Below, piece by piece: positions 56,310 through 64,000 of a stretch of DNA of 64,000 nt. A program made the position numbers and the translations under genes. Positions within the stretch are counted from its first letter, which is position 1. Each line of letters starts with the position of its first letter. Origin of the DNA: a candidate division FCPU426 bacterium (GTDB lineage: Bacteria > Oederibacteriota > PGYV01 > Palsa-1178); assembly GCA_963840035.1 (NCBI GenBank), contig CAWIXE010000003.1:32001-96000 (forward strand), given 5' to 3'. The notes below the pieces were generated by a model, which saw only the letters and a program-made list of their open reading frames with translations, ran no database searches and was not told the DNA's origin.

Positions 56310-57473
56310 ATGGCTGACACAGTAGTTATAAAAAAGTGCGGAGCTTACGCGCTTGACGATGTGCAAAAAAAAATCGAAGAAGGCCTTCAGCTCATCGGCG
56401 GTATAGAAAATTTTATAAAAGAAAACGAAAAGGTCCTCATAAAGGTCAACTGCCTCTTCCCGGCGGAGCCTGAAAAAGCCGTCACTACCAACCCCGTATT
56501 CCTGCAGGCTGTGGTCAGGATACTCAAGAAAAAAACAAAAAACATCATCATAGGAGATTCGCCGGGGTTCGGTAATTTCGCGGCCTCAAAAAAGACCGGA
56601 TACAGGGAAGTGGCGCAAGCGGAAGGCGTGGAGCTTGTTGACTTTAAGGATGACGGCGAGATAAAGAACGAAAAAGGAATGCTGTATAAGACCTTTAGAG
56701 TCACGGACTATGTGAACAAAGTTGACAAGGTAATAAACCTCCCCAAGCTTAAAACACACGGCCTGATGTATATGACGCTGTGCGTTAAGAACATGCTGGG
56801 GACCGTGGCCGGCACCGGAAAGCCGGCTTACCACATGAGGGCCGGCCGCGACAAGATACTCTTCGCGCAGATGCTAGTCGACCTTTTCATGGCAAAACCG
56901 CCGGTATTAAACATTGTGGACGGTATCATAGGGATGGAAGGCAATGGACCGGGCGGCGGGGAACCGGTAAAGACCGGCGTCATAGTAATGGGCGCCGACG
57001 GTTTTGCGGTGGATCATGTAGTCCCCCAGATAGTGGGCTTAAATCCGGACAGGTTATATACGAACGCCGTTTACAGGAAATATATACTGGGCGGCAAATC
57101 GCCTGACGTTGAGATAAGGGGCGATTCCATAAAGGACGCCGCGTATGCGGGAAAGTTTAAGCCCGTGGCTGACGCGGCTGAGGATTCCGGCAAGATGAAC
57201 CGCGGGTTTTTTGGATTCATGTATAAGTCAGCCAAGGACACCATAACACCGAAGCAGGTTTACATTAAGAGCAAATGCACGGGCTGCCTTTCGTGCGTAA
57301 AAGCCTGCCCTGTTGACGCGCTTGTGTACGATAAAAAAGGGAAACGGATCATATGCGATTATGACAAGTGCATCAGGTGTTTCATATGCCAGGAAATATG
57401 CCCGGAAAAGGCAATAGAAATAAAATACCCGCTCATGGGTAAGGTATTAAGCAAACTGATGAATCTGGGATAA
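56310..57473 (+). CDS. DUF362-domain protein with 2x[4Fe-4S] ferredoxin domain
   Basis: KVLIKVN, INLPKLKTH, IVDGIIGMEGNGP; CTGCLSCVKACP and CIRCFICQEICP. Confidence 0.88.
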   Translation: MADTVVIKKCGAYALDDVQKKIEEGLQLIGGIENFIKENEKVLIKVNCLFPAEPEKAVTTNPVFLQAVVRILKKKTKNIIIGDSPGFGNFAASKKTGYREVAQAEGVELVDFKDDGEIKNEKGMLYKTFRVTDYVNKVDKVINLPKLKTHGLMYMTLCVKNMLGTVAGTGKPAYHMRAGRDKILFAQMLVDLFMAKPPVLNIVDGIIGMEGNGPGGGEPVKTGVIVMGADGFAVDHVVPQIVGLNPDRLYTNAVYRKYILGGKSPDVEIRGDSIKDAAYAGKFKPVADAAEDSGKMNRGFFGFMYKSAKDTITPKQVYIKSKCTGCLSCVKACPVDALVYDKKGKRIICDYDKCIRCFICQEICPEKAIEIKYPLMGKVLSKLMNLG

Positions 57474-57487
57474 ATTACGGAGGAAAC

Positions 57488-58420
57488 ATGAAGAAGATTA
57501 CGGCAGCATTAATAATTTTATTAGCCGCGTTTCAGGCTGTTTCAGCGGCGACAGCCGTGGAAGTAACGGCGCTCACAGACAGGACAAGCGCCAAGTTAGG
57601 CGATGTCATAAGGTATACGCTTTCCATAAAAAGGACAGGGGACCTGTCACAGTCGCCGGCTTTGAGCCTTCCTTCTTTTGAGGGGTTCAGGGTGGCAGGG
57701 TCATATTCAAATAATTCAATGTCAATTATTAACGGGGCTGCCGCGGCCACAACGCAGCAGATTATAGACCTGTTAGCCGTAAAAAGCGGGGCTGTCGTTA
57801 TAGACCCTTCAAAGGTAAGGTTCTACAACCCCGAGACAAAGCAGTATGAGAATATTGAAACAAAAGCGATCACCATACAGGTGGCCGGCGGAGGCAGGCA
57901 TGCCGCCTCTCAGACGCCGACCGTGGCAGCGCTGCCGACGGCGGTGCCTGACATACGCGGCATCAAGATGAGCTATCAGATAGATTTTACCTCACTGCTG
58001 CCGTATATCATTATTGCGGTCATTTTTCTGGCGGTTTTATATTTTGCCTATAAAAAGTTATTTAAGAAGCCTGCCGCAATACATGCTGTCATTCCTGAGG
58101 ATGATTTCAGGAAAGAGGCGGCAAGAAAACTTAAGGCTGCCCGCGAACTGCTTAAAAAAGGGGATGTCAAAGGGTATTACTCCGGCATATATGAGGCTAT
58201 AAGGTTCTTTATATCAAAGAAACACAGCGATACTTTTGACGAGCTTACCACACAGGAGATAGTCCGCAAGCTTGCCGAAAAAAACATTAAGGAAGAGGGC
58301 ATTAAGCCGGTTTATGAGCTTATGAAGGACTGCGACCTGGTCAAGTTCGCCGATTATAAACCCGCTGATAAGGAAGCGGACGAGGCGTACGCGAGGGCAG
58401 AGGCAATAATTGAAAAGTAA
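57488..58420 (+). CDS. BatD-like exported/membrane-anchored protein
   Basis: Signal peptide, DRT..LGD Ig-like domain, one TM, C-terminal LTTQE...DLVKFA. Confidence 0.7.
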   Translation: MKKITAALIILLAAFQAVSAATAVEVTALTDRTSAKLGDVIRYTLSIKRTGDLSQSPALSLPSFEGFRVAGSYSNNSMSIINGAAAATTQQIIDLLAVKSGAVVIDPSKVRFYNPETKQYENIETKAITIQVAGGGRHAASQTPTVAALPTAVPDIRGIKMSYQIDFTSLLPYIIIAVIFLAVLYFAYKKLFKKPAAIHAVIPEDDFRKEAARKLKAARELLKKGDVKGYYSGIYEAIRFFISKKHSDTFDELTTQEIVRKLAEKNIKEEGIKPVYELMKDCDLVKFADYKPADKEADEAYARAEAIIEK

Positions 58421-58473
58421 TAAGTAATAGGTAATATGTACTGTTAACATGTCCTGTTTACAGTTTTATGCTT

Positions 58474-58624
58474 GTCATTGCGAGGAGGCGTTTTTGTCAC
58501 TTGCCGACGAAGCAATCTCGCTGTTTCAGAAGGAAAAAACGAGATTGTGATTCGATGAACTCACCACCGTGAGCCTGTCGAACGGCTTCGTCGCCATAAA
58601 CCAACAGCGGCTCCTCGCAATGAC
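58474..58624 (+). repeat. GTCATTGCGAG palindromic element, copy 5, with a 38-bp hairpin insert; enclosed by GTAATAA/TTATTAC arms (58418-58717)
   Basis: Insert 58548-58585 between GAGATTG and CTTCG, absent from the other four copies. Confidence 0.85.
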
Positions 58625-58734
58625 AAACGGTAAACGCATCTTCTTAACAGTACGGGTAATAAGTGAGGCGTTAGGTTTGGTTCACTTCTGACTTATTAAT
58701 TATTAGTTATTACTTATACCAAAGGGAGGGTATC

Positions 58735-59115
58735 ATGGCAAAGGAAATCATTTCAACGGGAAAAGCGCCGGCAGCGGCAGGGGCGTATTCGCAGGCGGTA
58801 AAATCTGCAGGTTTAATTTTTGTATCAGGCCAGCTTCCGATAGATATGTCGACAGGATTGCTGTGCAGCGAGGGAGTACATAAGGAGACAAGGCTTATAA
58901 TGGATAATATCGCGGCCATACTTGAGGCGGCCGGCACCAGCGACCAGAATATAATAAAACTGTGCGTATATTTAAGGAAGATAGACGACATAAAGTTCAT
59001 AAATGAGGTGCTGGCGGAACGTTTCGGGACAAACCTCCCGGCCAGGACGACCGTGGAAGTTTCCAGGCTGCCGAAAGACGCCAACGTGGAGATAGACGCG
59101 ATAGCAGCCGAGTAA
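58735..59115 (+). CDS. ridA: RidA/YjgF/UK114 family deaminase
   Basis: APAAAGAYSQA, VSGQLP, PARTTVEVSRLP...VEIDAIA. Confidence 0.92.
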   Translation: MAKEIISTGKAPAAAGAYSQAVKSAGLIFVSGQLPIDMSTGLLCSEGVHKETRLIMDNIAAILEAAGTSDQNIIKLCVYLRKIDDIKFINEVLAERFGTNLPARTTVEVSRLPKDANVEIDAIAAE

Positions 59116-59221
59116 AATCGACAATTGACAATTAAAAGGGTGCCGTCAATTTATTATATTAAAGAACCTTGGTTTTTATCCGATATATAATGAAACATCC
59201 TGAAAGGAAAGTAATATTATA

Positions 59222-62200
59222 ATGACAAGAAAAAAACTTGTTTTAGCCCTGTTTTGCCTTTCTTTTTGCCTCTCTTTTTCGGCGCTTTTTGGGGAACGCG
59301 GGCAGACTTCTCTTGTTGCCGGGTTTTCCCGCTATGACGGCGACGGAAACTCACTGCCTTCCGCCACTTTTAACCAGCCAAAGGACATAGCCGTATCAGG
59401 CGGATTCATGTATATTGCCGATACGTCCAATAATGCCATAAGAAAAGTAAACATGTCAAACGGCGTAGTGACTACCCTGGCCGGAAATAAATCAGGCGGC
59501 GATGCCGCGGGTTACGGGACAGCCGCAAGATTCAGCGCGCCGACGGCGCTTTGCGCGGACCCGACCGGGAACACGCTGTATGTGGCGGATACCGGAAATT
59601 CAAGGATAAAGGGCATCAACGCCGCAACCGGGCTTGTTTATAATATTTCGGGCATAGGATACGCCGGGTATCTTGACGGCAGCGCGGCACTTTCCAGGTT
59701 TTCCTATCCTATGGGAATAGCGGCAGACCCCACAGGCAGGTATGTATATGTTTCCGACACATCTAACTACAGAATCAGGCGGATAGACATGTCTTTAAAT
59801 ACCGTGGATACAGTAGCCGGGGCTGTGTTGAACGGTTATCAGGACGGCTCCGGCACAAGCGCGAAATTCAATTTTCCCCAGGGGATTGACATCAATGATT
59901 CAGGCACCATAATATATGTAGCGGATACCTGGAACCAGTGCGTCAGGAAAGTTGATCTGGCTAACAATACAGCCTGCTCGCTGGTGGCAGGCAATACACT
60001 GAGCAGCTATTACGTTGAGGGCACAGGAAATGCGGCGGGTTTTTTCAGGCCTGCTGACGTGTCCCTGGATAATAACGCCAATGTTCTATATGTGGCGGAT
60101 ACATTGCACAATATGATAAGAAAGATAGACCTCTCCACCGGGGCAACCTCGCCGGTAGCCGGAACGCTTACAGCCGGGTCTATAAATGGCATAGGGACGG
60201 CTGCGCTTTTTTCACAGCCAAACGGCGTGTTTTTCAGCCAGGATGACGGTAAAGTATATGTGGCAGACACAGTGAACTCATTTATCAGGGATATATACCC
60301 GGCAAATTCAAACTCGGTGACAAGATTCTGCGGCATGTCCCAGTATGACGGCGACGGGAACACGCTGCCCTCGGCCACATTTAACGCGCCTTCTGACGTG
60401 GCGGTCAATACACTTACAAGCAGGGTATATATCGCTGATTCGTCTAACCATGTGATAAGGATGATTGACGAAAACGGCGTGATTTCAACAATCGCCGGGG
60501 ACGGTAAACAGGGGTATAATTTAGGCATAGGGGCTGTGGCTGAGTTCTCAAATCCGAAGTCAATTGCGCTGGACCCCCTGGATAACCGGCTTTATGTATC
60601 TGATACGAACAACAACAGGATAATGGCAATAGACCTCGCAGACCCGAACTATACTGTTTCGCTTATAGCGGGAAGCGGGGCAGCTGCTTTTAACGATGCG
60701 ACCGGAAGCCTGGCTGCCTTTAAAAATCCGGCGGAAATTGACGTTGATTACATAGGCAAGAGGGTATTTGTGGCAGATGCGGGAAATAACAGGATAAGGA
60801 TGATTACTCTGAGCACCGGGGCTGTGACGACCGTAGCCGGAAAAGATACCACAGGATACTCTACCGGACAGACTATTGGGACCGCGACCTTTATGAATCC
60901 GGAAGGGATTGTTTATCACGCCGGTTCGCCCGGGCAATTCAGCGACGGCCTTTTTATCGCGGATACGGGCCATAACATGATAAGAAGGCTTCCCATAGGC
61001 TCAAGCGTCACAGTGACTGTGGCTGACATAACAGGCCTTAATTCATCGCCGTCATATGTTGACGGTGTGCTGACATCGGCCAGGTTTTATAATCCGTCGA
61101 GGGTAACGCTTGATTTTGTGAACTGGATGCTGTATGTAAGTGACAGCAACAATCACGCTGTAAGGTCAGTTGAATTATGGGTCGGAGGGCAGGTTACAAC
61201 CATAGGCGGCAACGGCACGGCAGGTTATAGCGAAGGCGTTTCCAAAACAGCGCTTTTTAACGCGCCCTTGGGCATGTTTTTCATGCCTGACACGCAGATG
61301 ATATATATAGCCGATGAGTTAAATAATAACATCAGGCTGATAGACGCGTACTATCCCACATGCACACCGACGTTGACGAACACTCCGACTCCCACATGGA
61401 CTTTAGGATACACATTAACGATTACCCCTACATATACGGAAACACAGACATTTACGCCAGTTTATTCGCCAACAGCCACGCAGACAGCGACGCAGACTTC
61501 GACGGTCAGCGATACGGCGACTGTAACGCCTACAATGACCGCAACCCTGACCGCCACCGTATCATCCACTGCGTCTGATACCTCAACTAATACGCACACG
61601 CGCACAGCAACTCCCACGCCGACCATTTCTGCCACGGGGACCATAAGCGCAACAGCCACATTTACTCCGTCACAGTCAGCAACAATGACAGTGAGCCCCA
61701 CGGAGTCAGTGACGGAAACAGCCGCGGCAACGGGCACGTCAACAGCCACGGCCACTGAATCGCCGGTTTATTCGCCGACTTATACGCCGTCATACAGCCC
61801 CACATACACCATCACGGTTACTGCAACCGCGCAGACATTTACAGCTACAGCCACAAATACTGCCACGGCGACAGTGACGGCGACTGCCACGCTGACAAAT
61901 ACGCCTACGCTGACAGACACTCTCACAATTACCGATACAGCCACAATGACGCGGACACCCGGAGGAACGCAGTCATACACGCCTACCATGACACACACCG
62001 CGCAGGCGACAGCCACGGAAACACCGGTGGATTTCTTTGAAAAATCAGTCTTTATAAATGATTTCCTGATATACCCCAACCCGTCGTTTGGCAGGCTTAA
62101 AGTTGTCTATGACATCATCGGGCAGGCCAGGGAAGTCAATTTAAGCGTATATACGCCATCTTTCAGGCTTGTGTGGAGAAAGAGCTACAGCAACGTGACA

Positions 62201-62332
62201 ACCGGCAGATACGAACCGCTCTTTGATGACTTCAAGAAATTCAGCTGCGGAGTGTACCATGTGTTAATCGAGTGCGTGGGCGTAAAAGGGGATAAAGTGC
62301 GAAGGACGGCGGAGATGGTTATAATACGTTAA
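59222..62332 (+). CDS. Exported NHL-repeat protein with Thr-rich stalk and T9SS-CTD-like C-terminal domain
   Basis: Signal peptide; about 12 F..P..I...YVADT.N..IR repeats; TPTAT linker; IYPNP...LSVYT...RLV. Confidence 0.85.
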   Translation: MTRKKLVLALFCLSFCLSFSALFGERGQTSLVAGFSRYDGDGNSLPSATFNQPKDIAVSGGFMYIADTSNNAIRKVNMSNGVVTTLAGNKSGGDAAGYGTAARFSAPTALCADPTGNTLYVADTGNSRIKGINAATGLVYNISGIGYAGYLDGSAALSRFSYPMGIAADPTGRYVYVSDTSNYRIRRIDMSLNTVDTVAGAVLNGYQDGSGTSAKFNFPQGIDINDSGTIIYVADTWNQCVRKVDLANNTACSLVAGNTLSSYYVEGTGNAAGFFRPADVSLDNNANVLYVADTLHNMIRKIDLSTGATSPVAGTLTAGSINGIGTAALFSQPNGVFFSQDDGKVYVADTVNSFIRDIYPANSNSVTRFCGMSQYDGDGNTLPSATFNAPSDVAVNTLTSRVYIADSSNHVIRMIDENGVISTIAGDGKQGYNLGIGAVAEFSNPKSIALDPLDNRLYVSDTNNNRIMAIDLADPNYTVSLIAGSGAAAFNDATGSLAAFKNPAEIDVDYIGKRVFVADAGNNRIRMITLSTGAVTTVAGKDTTGYSTGQTIGTATFMNPEGIVYHAGSPGQFSDGLFIADTGHNMIRRLPIGSSVTVTVADITGLNSSPSYVDGVLTSARFYNPSRVTLDFVNWMLYVSDSNNHAVRSVELWVGGQVTTIGGNGTAGYSEGVSKTALFNAPLGMFFMPDTQMIYIADELNNNIRLIDAYYPTCTPTLTNTPTPTWTLGYTLTITPTYTETQTFTPVYSPTATQTATQTSTVSDTATVTPTMTATLTATVSSTASDTSTNTHTRTATPTPTISATGTISATATFTPSQSATMTVSPTESVTETAAATGTSTATATESPVYSPTYTPSYSPTYTITVTATAQTFTATATNTATATVTATATLTNTPTLTDTLTITDTATMTRTPGGTQSYTPTMTHTAQATATETPVDFFEKSVFINDFLIYPNPSFGRLKVVYDIIGQAREVNLSVYTPSFRLVWRKSYSNVTTGRYEPLFDDFKKFSCGVYHVLIECVGVKGDKVRRTAEMVIIR

Positions 62333-62438
62333 TTGACGATTGACTATTGACTATTGCCAACTGACAATTAAAGAATATGCGTTTGTTTTGTGAAAGTTTT
62401 TGTGTGTTAATCTACAATAGACAATTGTCAGTCATCAA

Positions 62439-63371
62439 TTAAAGAAGTTTTGATCCGATAATATCCTTGTGCCCTAATGAAAAATCCCAGCCATTCATTT
62501 TCTTCCCCGACTCGGGCTGGACAACTTTCAGCAGAACACACCTGTCAGCGGCCTTGACCGCGATTCCCTGATTCTTTACGGCTTCAATAATGGTTCCCGG
62601 GGCCACATCAGATATGATGTCAATAGTTTCGGCCGAATGTATTTTCAGCGTCTTTCCCTTGAACGCGCAATATGCGCACGGCCACGGCACCAGGCCGCGG
62701 ACCTTGTTTACTATGGAAACCGCCGGAGTATTGAAATCCAGTTTTCCTGTCTCTTTTTTCAGGGTCTTTACCACGCTCGCCATGGCGTTGTCCTGCTTTG
62801 CGCGCTGCGCTTTTCCTTCTTCAATAAGGTTGATAACTTTTAAAACCGTATCCGCCGAAAGCCTGGAGAGTTTCTCAAAGAGCGCGGGCGCGTCGTCTTG
62901 TTTTTCTATTTTAATCTTTTCCTGATAGATTATATCCCCCGTGTCCAGGCCTTTGTCTATGAACTGGTATGTCACGCCGGTTTCTTCGTCGCCGTTTATT
63001 ATCGCCCAGTTAATTGGCGAAGCGCCCCTGTATTTAGGTAGCAGGGAGGCATGTATGTTTACGCTGTCATATTTGGGGTGGTAGATGAGTTCTTCCGGAA
63101 GTATCTGGCCGAAGGCAACTATTATGTTTAAGTCCGGGGAATATGTCTTATACTCGTCAAGGAATGAGGCGTTGGAGCATTTTTCCGGCTGGAGGATGTT
63201 TAAACCCGCTTCAAGGGCCGCCTGTTTTACCGGGGTGGGTTCTGTTTCCATGGACCTGCCCTTTGGCCTGTCAGGCTGTGAAACAACAAGGATAATCTCG
63301 TGTCCGGAGGATATGAGGGTTTTTAAGACAGGCACCGCGAAAAGCGGCGTGCCGAAAAAGGCGATTTTCAT
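62439..63371 (-). CDS. fmt: Methionyl-tRNA formyltransferase
   Basis: FFGTP.FA, QPDRPKGR, VAFGQIL, NIHASLLPKYRGASPI, LDTGDI. Confidence 0.96.
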   Translation of the reverse strand: MKIAFFGTPLFAVPVLKTLISSGHEIILVVSQPDRPKGRSMETEPTPVKQAALEAGLNILQPEKCSNASFLDEYKTYSPDLNIIVAFGQILPEELIYHPKYDSVNIHASLLPKYRGASPINWAIINGDEETGVTYQFIDKGLDTGDIIYQEKIKIEKQDDAPALFEKLSRLSADTVLKVINLIEEGKAQRAKQDNAMASVVKTLKKETGKLDFNTPAVSIVNKVRGLVPWPCAYCAFKGKTLKIHSAETIDIISDVAPGTIIEAVKNQGIAVKAADRCVLLKVVQPESGKKMNGWDFSLGHKDIIGSKLL

Positions 63372-63889
63372 TATTTTTTCTTCCCGTGGTATTTTTGTTT
63401 GATTTCTTTGAGTTCCTTATTGTGAAGCAGTTTTTTTACCGCGGACATCCTGTCTATGAAGGTGGTGCCGTTTAAGTGGTCTATCTCGTGCTGAAGCACG
63501 ACAGCCAGGAAACCGTCCGCTTCAATCTTTACGGGTTTGCCCTGCGGGTCCTGCGCCTCAACAGTCACTTTTTTTGGGCGGTATATTTTTTCGGTGATTC
63601 CGGGAAAACTCAGGCAGCCTTCCTCAAATTCGGATTTATCCTTCGAGTGGGCGGTTATTTTCGGGTTGGCCAGCATGTATATGATGGTCTGCTCTTCGGT
63701 GCTGGCGTCTAAAACAAGCGCCTGCTTCATAACGCCAACCTGTGTGGCGGCAAGCCCCACACCGCGGTTTGCGTACATGGTCTCAAGCAGGTCCTCAAAG
63801 AACTGGAATAATTCCGGGTCAAACTCTGTCACCGGCGCCGCCTTTTTTTTCAGGACCGGGTCTCCGTATTTGCGTATCTCTAATAGCAT
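63371..63889 (-). CDS. def: Peptide deformylase
   Basis: GVGLAATQVG, EGCLS, QHEIDHLNG; GAGG RBS before ATG 63889. Confidence 0.96.
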   Translation of the reverse strand: MLLEIRKYGDPVLKKKAAPVTEFDPELFQFFEDLLETMYANRGVGLAATQVGVMKQALVLDASTEEQTIIYMLANPKITAHSKDKSEFEEGCLSFPGITEKIYRPKKVTVEAQDPQGKPVKIEADGFLAVVLQHEIDHLNGTTFIDRMSAVKKLLHNKELKEIKQKYHGKKK

Positions 63890-64000
63890 GTGAAACCTCT
63901 CGTGAATTAGTGTATATGAATTATACATTCACCGTTATTTTTTATCAACTGAAAAGACCTTGTGGCGGGCAGTATGGGAGGAAATTAAACTTGACTTTAA

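Noticed and set aside
1..64000. CRISPR array or cas genes
   Set aside because: No run of identical 23-47 bp repeats with unique spacers; the repeats seen are dispersed palindromes or coding repeats

Overview
Bacterial (diderm, probably anaerobic) chromosomal window, mostly + strand. 1-1.7 kb: end of a partner-switching locus (PP2C/SpoIIE phosphatase, STAS anti-anti-sigma, LacI), then a heavily deleted group II intron RT remnant. 2.2-14.4 kb: a large anaerobe-type oxidative-stress cluster (NADH:rubredoxin-type oxidoreductase, ferritin, Fur/PerR, Bcp, FprA, desulfoferrodoxin, rubrerythrin, 2-oxoacid:ferredoxin oxidoreductase alpha/beta, a second peroxiredoxin). It ends in an unusual envelope module: an exported SOR-like protein plus beta-barrel / DOMON lipoprotein / DOMON lipoprotein / beta-barrel. 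14.6-22.2 kb: tkt-gnd-zwf-(lipoprotein)-pgl and an Fe-ADH. Then an IS30, Gfo/Idh/MocA, lipoproteins, rubredoxin, DedA/VTT, ABC exporter, GT-C/GT4/epimerase, TPR + ExeA-like ATPase, patatin, tRNA-Gly(GCC), polyproline-LysM protein, pyrimidine-dimer glycosylase, three coupled micro-ORFs, a large Thr/Pro surface lipoprotein, EamA, a TPR-barrel-ExbB-ExbD-TonB operon, rsfS, rnhB, yraN, an HTH-less LacI-type protein, DUF362, BatD-like, RidA, an NHL-repeat protein with a T9SS-like C-terminus, and fmt/def. Intergenic DNA is unusually rich in palindromic elements of at least four families, including inverted arms of tandem 7-mers with a different unit at each locus, and nested elements. All calls come from motif recognition by eye; no database searches were run.
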